DNA of 10,518 nucleotides from Candidatus Hydrogenedens sp. (GTDB lineage Bacteria; Hydrogenedentota; Hydrogenedentia; Hydrogenedentales; Hydrogenedentaceae): NCBI GenBank assembly GCA_049968235.1, contig JBMFRC010000038.1, positions 1 to 10,518 of the forward strand, read 5' to 3'. Shown piece by piece: positions 1 to 7,375 of this stretch (position 1 is its first letter; each line of letters starts with the position of its first letter). The notes under the pieces were generated by a model. It saw only the letters and a program-made list of their open reading frames with translations, ran no database searches and was not told where the DNA came from. The position numbers and the translations under genes were made by a program.

Positions 1-39
1 GTCAATCAAACCAGAACCATCAAAATAAGGAGACCTGCC

Positions 40-507
40 ATGCGTATCACAAACTTCATCAAAAATTACCCCTGTATGGTTATTTTTATAATGATACTGT
101 TAGTAAATATTGCATCATTACTAATACCGCAAAAAGGAACGGCCCAAGGACAATATAATTGTGAGTGTAAAAACAAAATCAAATGAACATATGATAATAA
201 TTATGTAAAAGGTAGATATAAGTGTAAAAATATATCTAGTGGTCATGATGATATAAATTGTAAAGTTTGTGACACAGGACCTGATGAATTTAAACATACA
301 AAATATACCTATTCACAAAAATGTGAACCTCGCGATGGTTATTCTGGTTGTAGTAATCCATGTAGTAATAGTGACTGCGGAAATAGTTGTAATCCTTCTT
401 CATGTAATACAATAACATTCAAATTTTCAAAATGCAATGGAAGTTATCCATATTGTGGTAATTGTGAATATGAAGATAAATATTGGTGGGTTCCTATAAA
501 TTGGTAA
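40..507 (+). pseudogene. Signal-peptide plus Cys-rich secreted protein gene interrupted by one in-frame TGA (codon 49, nt 184-186): either a pseudogene or a UGA-recoded/readthrough CDS
   Basis: AAGGAG (26-31) lies 8 nt upstream of ATG at 40. Frame translation: MRITNFIKNYPCMVIFIMILLVNIASLLIPQKGTAQG (n/h/c signal peptide, AxG-type cleavage site) QYNCECKNKIK, then TGA, then 106 in-frame sense codons TYDNNYVKGRYKCKNISSGHDDINCKVCDTGPDEF...CSNPCSNSDCGNSCNPSSC...CGNCEYEDKYWWVPINW ending at TAA 505-507. The part after the TGA has 12 Cys and no ATG/GTG/TTG start codon in frame. It was not on the ORF track because it lacks a Met start. Confidence 0.45.
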
Positions 508-553
508 TTAGCAACATAAAGACAAGTATAATCATGTATAATTTAGGAATAAA

Positions 554-1201
554 ATGAAAATTAAAGGTGCAAGCAAATTATTATCAATTTTATTTATATT
601 ATTAACAACAGAATATTGTTCTATTATCTATGCAAAAGATTTATGTAATCCTTATAACCATAATGAAGTCAATAACTTTAAAAATATTATTAAAACAAAA
701 CTCAACATTAGATCATTAAAATGTGACTATATAGTTAATCGAGAAGAATTCCCAAACGCTCATAATTACTATAATAATTCTAACAACGATTCCGGAGTAC
801 TAATATGTTTAAATGGGAAATTTGTCTATCAAAATGGAAACTTCCGGAAAACTATTATAATACCAGAAAAAGAAAAAAAAGATGATTATAGAAACCTGAT
901 TGAATTATTAATATTAAAAATAACCCCCAAAAAGGATACTATAAAACGGTTCCAGCAGAATTTTTATTTTTATAAAGGGAGTTTTAAATCAAGAGAGTAT
1001 GATTATGATGATTTCCTTGGTTATCACCAATGGGAATTTGTTCATGATAATTTTGACCCTCTCTCTTTATATTATGACCCACTCGTTAATATAGGTTATT
1101 GTCATGGAGTTGGATATCGAGGAAATAATTGGATGGAAGAAAATATCATCTTTAATATTAAAGATTTTTTAGATGAGGAAGGCGATTTTTTATTATTATG
1201 A
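554..1201 (+). CDS. Hypothetical secreted N/Y-rich protein (signal peptide); likely the N-terminal part of a gene split at a T6 run
   Basis: 215-aa ORF with AGGAAT 5 nt upstream of the ATG. N-terminus MKIKGASKLLSILFILLTTEYCSIIYA-KD looks like a Sec signal peptide. Very low GC, rich in Asn/Tyr/Lys, no recognisable catalytic motif. The ORF ends 10 nt past a T6 run (1186-1191), where the +1 frame carries the next ORF. Confidence 0.55.
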   Translation: MKIKGASKLLSILFILLTTEYCSIIYAKDLCNPYNHNEVNNFKNIIKTKLNIRSLKCDYIVNREEFPNAHNYYNNSNNDSGVLICLNGKFVYQNGNFRKTIIIPEKEKKDDYRNLIELLILKITPKKDTIKRFQQNFYFYKGSFKSREYDYDDFLGYHQWEFVHDNFDPLSLYYDPLVNIGYCHGVGYRGNNWMEENIIFNIKDFLDEEGDFLLL

Positions 1202-1910
1202 ACACGGAAAATATAGGATTCTGTGGCATGGAATATTCAAGAAACATCCCCAATATCCAGGATATGAGCCCATAAGTATAGAGGTATGGGTAGATGAAAA
1301 AGAAAATATTTACATGGTCAATTATACATTTTTTCCTTATCGATTTAATAAAAAAGAACTCGTAAATAATTTAATTGGAGAATATGCCCATGGTGATTTT
1401 CCATACATTTCTTATTGGAAATTTTATTACTACGACCATAAAGATTTTAATGATGGTGTTACTATCCCTTTAAGAACAAAAATAGAACATTATAAAATTA
1501 TTACCAATCCTTGTGTAGAAGAAAAAATAAAACAACATCAAATATTAATGCAGGTTAAGAATATTGATATAAATAACTCTTCCTTTATAGCTTGGACATT
1601 ATTAAGTTCTTGCGACGACCCTACATATATTGATGAAATACAAGAAGTAATAATATATCCTGAAAATATCGTTGTTAATGAAGTTATTCCAGAAGAAACA
1701 TTTATTGCCCCAAAACCAGATATTCCTGTTTATTGGACAGAAAAAGAGCAAGAAAACTTTTTTCTAAAACATTTAGAAAAAAAAGAAAATGTTAATTCAC
1801 AACAAAGATTAGGGAGTTTATTCGTTGCTTTTATTTTTGTGTTATTCTGTATTGTATTTACATTTTTAGGGATAGTTGTTACCAAATATTTTTTTGGCTG
1901 GGGAATTTAA
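1173..1910 (+). CDS. Hypothetical Tyr-rich protein with C-terminal transmembrane anchor; likely the C-terminal part of the same split gene
   Basis: 245-aa ORF that overlaps the previous one by 29 nt in the +1 frame. A TAG stop sits immediately 5' of its ATG and there is no clear SD. C-terminus LGSLFVAFIFVLFCIVFTFLGIVVTKYFFGWGI is a hydrophobic TM segment. Deleting one T from the T6 run at 1186-1191 gives a continuous reading ...DEEGDF-YYYEHGKYRILWHG..., a 455-aa type-I anchored protein. Confidence 0.55.
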   Translation: MRKAIFYYYEHGKYRILWHGIFKKHPQYPGYEPISIEVWVDEKENIYMVNYTFFPYRFNKKELVNNLIGEYAHGDFPYISYWKFYYYDHKDFNDGVTIPLRTKIEHYKIITNPCVEEKIKQHQILMQVKNIDINNSSFIAWTLLSSCDDPTYIDEIQEVIIYPENIVVNEVIPEETFIAPKPDIPVYWTEKEQENFFLKHLEKKENVNSQQRLGSLFVAFIFVLFCIVFTFLGIVVTKYFFGWGI

Positions 1911-2042
1911 GACCCAATAAATAAGAATTACGACACAGTTAAAATTATATATGGATTAGATGTCCGTTATCGAGAGGGTGTAAGATGATGGATTAAAAGA
2001 GGGCTTAAAAAGGGACGGACTTTCATTATACCATATTCGTAT

Positions 2043-2745
2043 TTACTCCGTAGGGCTCTTGTTGTTTAACGCTCGTTGCTTATGAATATAATTATAATAG
2101 TAAATATACTGGTTCAATTTATCCGTCAATTTTTGGTAATTGGTGAAATATGTTGTTTTAAAAGTTCTGTAATTCTACCATTGAAGCGTTCGACTAATCC
2201 ATTCGTTTTGGGTGTATAGGGACGACTCAGTCGGGGTTCTATACCGAGTTCCTAACAGCGACGGTCGAAGATATGTTTACCGGAGGGCTGTTTTTTACCC
2301 CGGCAGAAGCGGTCAATAAACTCTTTACCATTATCGGTCAAGACGGTGTGAATTGGTTAGGGGTAAACCTTTATTACTTCCTCTAAAAATGCTTTGGCAC
2401 TCTCGGCACTCTGGCCATCTTTTAATGACAGATATACGAACCGTGTGGCACGGTCTATCGCCACAAATAACACTTTTCGCTTTGTTGCGTCTATATCTCA
2501 CATATGACTTATTCCTCCAATGGATTGAACACGGTTCGTAGTTTATGCGGTTGTGATGATTTATCTGTCAAGTTCTCCCTCTTTTTCCATTTCCATATCG
2601 TCCTTGTGCTCAGATGCAACTGTTTTGCAAGTGCTTTCATCGGTTCTTTCGATTCTTTAATCATCTTTCGCATTTGCAGGGTGGTCTTCGCATCCGGGTG
2701 ATATTTAATTGCAGGCCTATCTTTCTCCTTCTTGCTTTTCGAATA
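2043..2745 (-). pseudogene. Degraded DDE transposase (rve integrase core), IS481/IS3 superfamily; several frameshifts and in-frame stops, lost start codon, internally shortened
   Basis: Minus-strand translation shows an HTH region ...TLQMRKMIKESKEPMKALAKQLHLSTRTIWKWKKRENLTDKSSQPHKLRTVFNPLEE* (about 2745-2530). In another frame come DIDATKRKVLFVAIDRATRFVYLSLKDGQSAESAKAFLEEVIKVYP*PIHTVLTDNGKEFIDRFCRG... (first and second D of DDE; TAA nonsense codon inside). After a further frameshift: ELGIEPRLSRPYTPKTNGLVERFNGRITELLKQHISPITKN* (catalytic E). After yet another shift: YNYIHKQRALNNKSPTE* (2096-2043), matching the canonical YN..RpH.aLggktP C-terminus. GC is about 45%, higher than the flanks. No ORF exceeds about 70 aa, which is why only antisense small ORFs appear on the ORF track. 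Confidence 0.8.
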
Positions 2746-2866
2746 TTATCTGTTTTATCCTACCTCTTCCATAGATACTTATTATAACTTACCTTACATC
2801 CTGTTGATATTATACAATTATGAGATAAAAGATATGAAGGGAAGGTTTTCCTAATGTGGTCATCAA

Positions 2867-4186
2867 TTAAATGATGTAGTTGAACTTTACATCTGCAACA
2901 CGGCCAACACTATGGTCCGTGCGTATGAAGAAAGATTTCTGGGTGATTGTATTATTACCATCTGCTACGACATTGGTGTTTTTATAATCCAATGCTATAC
3001 GTTCAATTCCTAATTGGGGTAAGGTAAATAGTTCGTCCTGCGAACTAACACCATCTCCGTTATCACGCCACAGGACTAATTCTTTGAAATTTTTATCCTC
3101 GGGACCTATAAAGCCATCGTTATTGGTGTCCAATTTTCGGAGTTCTTCAAACCCATTGACAGAACCTCGCTGGTCACCAAAAAGTTCTAATCCGCTATCA
3201 ATTTGACCGTTTCTATTTCTGTCCCATGCTAACAGAGCATCTCCTCCACGGACCCAGGCTGTTTGAACGGATTTCCCTGTCCCGGTAATGTCAAAACGCA
3301 CACCATTTTTTACATCTGTAAGTTCGATACCATCTCCATCCAGGTCAAATACGATGGGGTCTTGTTGTTGGTCAAGTTTTTGCACTCCCATTTGAATTTC
3401 CATAGACATTTCGAAACGAAATTCCATTTGGAAATGGAATGAAATTTGATTGGTTTGTTGTGTAGATAAAGAGTTTTGAGAATTTCCATTATTGTTCCCA
3501 TTGCCAATAGTTGCGTTGGGAAATAGTTTTTGTAGCCACTGTTCCAGAAACCGATTGATAAATGGTTTTATTGCATCGGTATTTCCGTCATTGCTATTAA
3601 ACAGACCTGTTAATCCTTCAAAAAATTCATTCCATTGGTCTGCATCTCCATTTGCAAACAATCCTTGTGCTATTTTCATGAATGAATTAAATAAGTCAGG
3701 ATTATTGAATAGTTTTTCTGATGCGTTACGGAAACCGACCATAGATTCTGCACTAATACTCCCACCAATTTTGAACTGTACAGATATTTTTTGCCGAATT
3801 TCCGCATAGTTCTCTTTCTGAACAGAAGAAAGGTTGTTTTCTACCGATTTTGTCCTTTGTGAAAATTGGAAAAAGAATTCTTCGCTTTTCTCATAAGCAA
3901 ATTCAAATTCCAATTGTTGAGTTTCTTCTCCGCTCGTTTTTTTACCAAGGAGTGATTGAATTTCTTTTATTTTACTTGCAAGAGAAACATTTTTTGTTTC
4001 ATAAGTAGATTGTGCTGTCGACTGAGATGATTCTTGTTGAACAGATTTATCAGAAGTATTTTCTTCTGATTTATTTTTCCCTGTAATAAAATTAGGAAGT
4101 GTTATTCCCTCCTGTTTTTTGGGGGATAGTGTAATTGCGGGGAATAACTGATAGATTGAGGGGTTAAAGTTGAGTATGTTGCCCAT
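2867..4186 (-). CDS. Hypothetical low-complexity (S/T/Q/N-rich) protein with a C-terminal EF-hand-like Ca2+-binding domain
   Basis: The ORF runs 2867..4201. The second in-frame ATG (plus 4184-4186) has GGAGG 8 nt upstream, formed by the first codons, so 4186 is preferred as the start. No obvious signal peptide. The N-terminal two thirds are low complexity (SQSTAQSTYETKNVS..., NGNNNGNSQNSLSTQQTNQ). The C-terminal ~150 aa carry DxDxDG-type loops: FDLDGDGIELTD, DRNRNGQIDSGLE (a canonical 12-residue EF-hand loop), DTNNDGFIGPED, DNGDGVSSQDE. It is co-directional with, and 137 nt downstream of, the GT-C transferase gene. Confidence 0.7.
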   Translation of the reverse strand: MGNILNFNPSIYQLFPAITLSPKKQEGITLPNFITGKNKSEENTSDKSVQQESSQSTAQSTYETKNVSLASKIKEIQSLLGKKTSGEETQQLEFEFAYEKSEEFFFQFSQRTKSVENNLSSVQKENYAEIRQKISVQFKIGGSISAESMVGFRNASEKLFNNPDLFNSFMKIAQGLFANGDADQWNEFFEGLTGLFNSNDGNTDAIKPFINRFLEQWLQKLFPNATIGNGNNNGNSQNSLSTQQTNQISFHFQMEFRFEMSMEIQMGVQKLDQQQDPIVFDLDGDGIELTDVKNGVRFDITGTGKSVQTAWVRGGDALLAWDRNRNGQIDSGLELFGDQRGSVNGFEELRKLDTNNDGFIGPEDKNFKELVLWRDNGDGVSSQDELFTLPQLGIERIALDYKNTNVVADGNNTITQKSFFIRTDHSVGRVADVKFNYII

Positions 4187-4338
4187 GTGTTTTGCCTCCA
4201 TGCAAAATATTTATATTTCCCTTTGTCTATTTTATCGGCAATAACTATATAAGACTTTAGAATATCAGGAAAATTTCTTCTTAAATTTTTACCCACTTTA
4301 AGAGAGGTAGTGAAAAGATAAACAAAAATCAGGAGGTT

Positions 4339-6210
4339 TTACATGGATTTGTTGGAAAAAAGAAATACAGGATGATTTAATTCATCCCTCGTTTTAATTA
4401 AATAGACCTTTTTACCTATTTCAGGCTTTCTCGCAACGACCCATTTCCAATCTTCTTCTCTTATTAACACAAATACACGACTTTCTTTACTCAAAAGCGA
4501 ATAGAATTCATCAATTTTTTCATTAAGTAGTTGTTCAATATGGTTTAATATTTCTGCCTTTCCCTGTTTTTCTGCTTCTTCTTTTACTTTATCCAATACG
4601 GATTGGATTTGTTGTATTTCTTCCGATGTTGGAGCCAATATATTTGTAAATGACACTTTATTTGTTTGCCGTGTATATTGTTTATGTATCTCAGAAATGA
4701 AGTTTTGAAATTCATAAGGTTGCGATTGAGATGCAGTAATCCGTTCTAATTCCTTATCATCGAAAAATGGTTTAATAACATGTTTAGCATAGAAGGTATA
4801 TTCTTCCTCCTCAAAGCCAAAACTGTATGCTTCGTAATCTATTTGCATTTCACTTTGTTTTCTCATAGGTTCACAAAAATTACGAACGGATTTGACATTA
4901 TTCACCGATGGGAAAATAATTAATGCGGTAAATATGAGGTATAGAGAAACATGTTGGGGAATCTGATTTAATAGTGAACGAACCTGAGAGTGTTTGAAAA
5001 AATCGAGTAAGGTATCAGTGATGGCTATAACTGCAATTATGCTGATAAGAATCCAGTATATATTCCATATATTTTTGAATTCTGTTCCCAACACAACAAA
5101 AGGAGCAATTGCCATACAAACTAATATCACAGTCCATAAGATTCGTATACCTTTTTTCCATCGCAAAGTGGAAGTCTCTTCAAAAGATTTCAAACTTAAA
5201 GCAGATAGAATAGATATAGCGGGGAAAATAGGAAGTAGATAAATGGCTCTTTTACCTACTGCGATAGAGAAGAAAATAAAGGCAGGAACTATCCAGGATA
5301 GAAGGAATCGAATTCCTTCGTTTTCATTTCTATTTTTCCAGACCCATGGGATTATCCATAATAAGAAAAGAGACCATGGGAACATATCCACAGGCAGAGT
5401 AAGTAAATAGTACCACGGAGGTTGTGGATGAGAAACTCCATAGATAAATCTACCCAATGTCTGCTTAAATAAATCGGACCCCATAACCTGGGAGGTTTCT
5501 TTCTCTAATTGGACAGCACCTACCCAGCGAGCATAGGCATACCATATTCCATAAATCAAGATAACAATGAGAAATCCCTTAATCGGATGTATTTCAAAGA
5601 ATTTTTTCTTTTCTTTCCAATAAAATGCTACAAAAAATAAAGCAGGGAATACGAGCGTCCCGGGACCTTTAGAGAACAATGCCCCTAAAATACACAGATA
5701 CATAACAACAAGTAATGTGCTGGATTTATTTCCCGAATAGTACCACACATAAAAACAACATAGAGCAGATAATAATAGAGCGGTTAATAACATATCTATT
5801 TGACCAAATCGTGCTTGCCACCATACCCTTTGCATCGTCATAAAGATGAGAGCAGAAAACCATGCAATCTCTTTACCTGCAAGTTTTTTTGCAAGGTAGT
5901 AAGTGAGAAGAACAGATATAACGCCACTAACCACAGAGGGTAATCGGGCTGGCATCTCCGTCAATTCTCCAAATGGATAGGAAGATAAAACCATCAACCA
6001 CATTAATAGCGGAGGTTTTTCCAGATAAGGTCTTCCATTTATATGAGGGACGAGATAATTCCCTGTAATTTGCATTTCACGAGCAACTTCAGCATATCTC
6101 GGTTCATCGGGTGACCATAAATCATAACCCCAAATATTTATTCCAAATAGAACTAACGCCCAGAGGGCAAGAAGAAACATATCTTTGAAGCAATTATTGT
6201 TTTGTTCCAT
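4339..6210 (-). CDS. GT-C fold glycosyltransferase family 39/83 (ArnT / PMT-like undecaprenyl- or dolichyl-phosphate-sugar transferase) with an extra ~190-aa soluble C-terminal domain
   Basis: 623-aa ORF. The N-terminal loop LWSPDEPRYAEVAREMQITGNYLVPHINGRPYLEKPPLLMWL matches the ArnT signature (E. coli ArnT ...WQPDETRYAEISREM...VPHLLGLRYFEKP...). About 11-13 predicted TM helices follow over residues 1-440. The C-terminal region (from about NFCEPMRKQSE to the end) is hydrophilic, Glu/Lys-rich and not recognised. A terminator separates the gene from rplL upstream. Confidence 0.8.
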   Translation of the reverse strand: MEQNNNCFKDMFLLALWALVLFGINIWGYDLWSPDEPRYAEVAREMQITGNYLVPHINGRPYLEKPPLLMWLMVLSSYPFGELTEMPARLPSVVSGVISVLLTYYLAKKLAGKEIAWFSALIFMTMQRVWWQARFGQIDMLLTALLLSALCCFYVWYYSGNKSSTLLVVMYLCILGALFSKGPGTLVFPALFFVAFYWKEKKKFFEIHPIKGFLIVILIYGIWYAYARWVGAVQLEKETSQVMGSDLFKQTLGRFIYGVSHPQPPWYYLLTLPVDMFPWSLFLLWIIPWVWKNRNENEGIRFLLSWIVPAFIFFSIAVGKRAIYLLPIFPAISILSALSLKSFEETSTLRWKKGIRILWTVILVCMAIAPFVVLGTEFKNIWNIYWILISIIAVIAITDTLLDFFKHSQVRSLLNQIPQHVSLYLIFTALIIFPSVNNVKSVRNFCEPMRKQSEMQIDYEAYSFGFEEEEYTFYAKHVIKPFFDDKELERITASQSQPYEFQNFISEIHKQYTRQTNKVSFTNILAPTSEEIQQIQSVLDKVKEEAEKQGKAEILNHIEQLLNEKIDEFYSLLSKESRVFVLIREEDWKWVVARKPEIGKKVYLIKTRDELNHPVFLFSNKSM

Positions 6211-6292
6211 AATAAGTGTTTTCCTTTATAAATTAAAGGGAATTATCTTTTGTGTTATAAACGAACTGTGAAGATATTATATTTAAATCTAT

Positions 6293-6333
6293 GTGTAAAA
6301 TAAAAAAGCACCTGATAGAAAAACCAGGTGCTT
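6293..6333 (-). terminator. Rho-independent terminator of the rplJL operon
   Basis: Perfect 9-bp stem (6306-6314 aagcacctg paired with 6325-6333 caggtgctt) and a 10-nt loop. On the minus-strand transcript it is followed by UUUUAUUUU (complement of 6293-6305). It lies 24 nt after the rplL TAA stop. Confidence 0.75.
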
Positions 6334-6357
6334 GAGAAAATAGTATTGTTTCTCTAA

Positions 6358-6762
6358 TTATACGCCAACAAGTTCAACAACCGCTCCGACACTTTCTAAT
6401 TCTTCCTTAAGTTTCTTGGCTTCTTCTTCACTTACATTTTCTTTAATGGGCTTCGGAACAGCATCTACCAGGTCTTTGGCTTCTTTCAATCCAAGACCTA
6501 ATAAGTCCTTTACCTTTTTAATCAGGTTAATCTTCTGAGAACCCTGTTCTTTCAGGATTACATTGTAAGCAGAAGGACCTTCATCTTTGGCTTCAGCACC
6601 AGCACCTGCACCGGCTCCTGCCATCATCATGGGCATAGCCATTGCCATAGGAGCGGAAGCAGTTACACCGAACTTTTCTTCGAGTGCTTTAACTAATTCG
6701 CTCAATTCCAGAACATTAAGTTCTGCAATAGCATCAATAATAGGTTGTAATTTGTCTGACAT
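6358..6762 (-). CDS. rplL: 50S ribosomal protein L7/L12
   Basis: 134-aa product [35 protein letters not shown]...[12 protein letters not shown]...[25 protein letters not shown] aligns along its full length with bacterial L7/L12 (N-terminal dimerisation domain, hinge, C-terminal domain with the [11 protein letters not shown] motif). AAGGAGA lies 7 nt upstream of the ATG. TAA stop. Confidence 0.97.
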   Translation of the reverse strand: MSDKLQPIIDAIAELNVLELSELVKALEEKFGVTASAPMAMAMPMMMAGAGAGAGAEAKDEGPSAYNVILKEQGSQKINLIKKVKDLLGLGLKEAKDLVDAVPKPIKENVSEEEAKKLKEELESVGAVVELVGV

Positions 6763-6835
6763 AGGATTATCTCCTTATTTGTTTGTTATTTGTTAAATTA
6801 TTTTTTGCACCATATTTTCAAGATTAACAATATAA

Positions 6836-7375
6836 TTACGCAGCGGTTTGTGCTTCCTCTTTCTGTTTTTTTATCTGGTCAAGCACATTGACCAAACTTG
6901 TAGGTATTGCATTGAGAACGGTAACGAGGTTCCGCAATGGTGCGGCGATAGTCCCGATAACCTGAGCCTGTAATACCTCTTTGGGAGGCAAATTAGCAAG
7001 GCTAATTACCTGGTCCTTTGTTAGAACTTTCCCTTCCATAACGCCACCTATGATTTGAACAAATGGCACTTCCTTGGAAAAGTCCCTTAATATTTTTGCT
7101 GAGGTTACAGGATCTTTACTGAAAGCCCATGCAGTAGGACCGTTCATAAATTCGGCTGCAGGCTCCACTCCCATTTCCCGTAAAGCAATCCGTGCAAGAT
7201 TATTCTTGTAAACTTTATACTGGATACCTGCCTCACGGAGTTTCTTTCGCAATTCGGTAACCTGTGCCACATTAATACCTACATACTGTGTCATAATAGC
7301 AAGGGCATTGTTTTCAAGCCGTTCTCTAATCTCTTTTACAGATTCTATTTTTTCTTTTGTAGGCAAGGTATTCAC
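6836..7375 (-). CDS. rplJ: 50S ribosomal protein L10
   Basis: 179-aa product ...KEKIESVKEIRERLENNALAIMTQYVGINVAQVTELRKKLREAGIQYKVYKNNLARIAL... aligns with bacterial L10 (compare E. coli ...[58 protein letters not shown]). It sits 73 nt upstream of rplL, the canonical order. The ORF-track start codon is GTG at 7375, which directly abuts AGGAG (7376-7380). The in-frame TTG at 7366 (SD spacing 9) is the more plausible initiation codon. Confidence 0.95.
   Translation of the reverse strand: MNTLPTKEKIESVKEIRERLENNALAIMTQYVGINVAQVTELRKKLREAGIQYKVYKNNLARIALREMGVEPAAEFMNGPTAWAFSKDPVTSAKILRDFSKEVPFVQIIGGVMEGKVLTKDQVISLANLPPKEVLQAQVIGTIAAPLRNLVTVLNAIPTSLVNVLDQIKKQKEEAQTAA

Noticed and set aside
187-206. 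Possible bacterial SECIS hairpin immediately 3' of the TGA
   Set aside because: It forms only a 5-bp all-A/T stem (acata...tatgt) with a 10-nt loop. That is too weak and too unspecific in 25%-GC DNA to support selenocysteine insertion.
1911-2125. Search for IS terminal inverted repeats (1911-2042 against 2746-2866)
   Set aside because: Only AT-rich chance similarity was found, and no matched IR pair could be supported. The element is too decayed.
2353-2701. Two overlapping small plus-strand ORFs (62 and 65 aa)
   Set aside because: They lie exactly antisense to the degraded transposase, whose remnant motifs are on the minus strand. They have no SD and are not expected to code.
3421-3440. Perfect 20-nt palindrome attccatttggaaatggaat
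   Set aside because: It lies inside the 444-aa CDS and is explained by the peptide repeat FHFQMEFRFEM. There is no evidence of a regulatory role.
3310-3809. Small ORFs 3310-3507 (-) and 3492-3809 (+) inside or antisense to the 444-aa gene
   Set aside because: They are embedded in a longer, better-supported CDS that has a strong SD, and they have no independent signals.
4102-4296. 64-aa minus-strand ORF spanning the GT to 444-aa intergenic region
   Set aside because: It overlaps the true start and SD of the 444-aa gene in another frame. It is most likely spurious.
4994-5242. 82-aa plus-strand ORF
   Set aside because: Antisense to the transmembrane core of the GT-C transferase. Its hydrophobic antisense translation is an artefact.
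6587-6796. 69-aa plus-strand ORF with an (AP)n repeat
   Set aside because: It is the antisense translation of the Met/Ala/Gly-rich rplL hinge.
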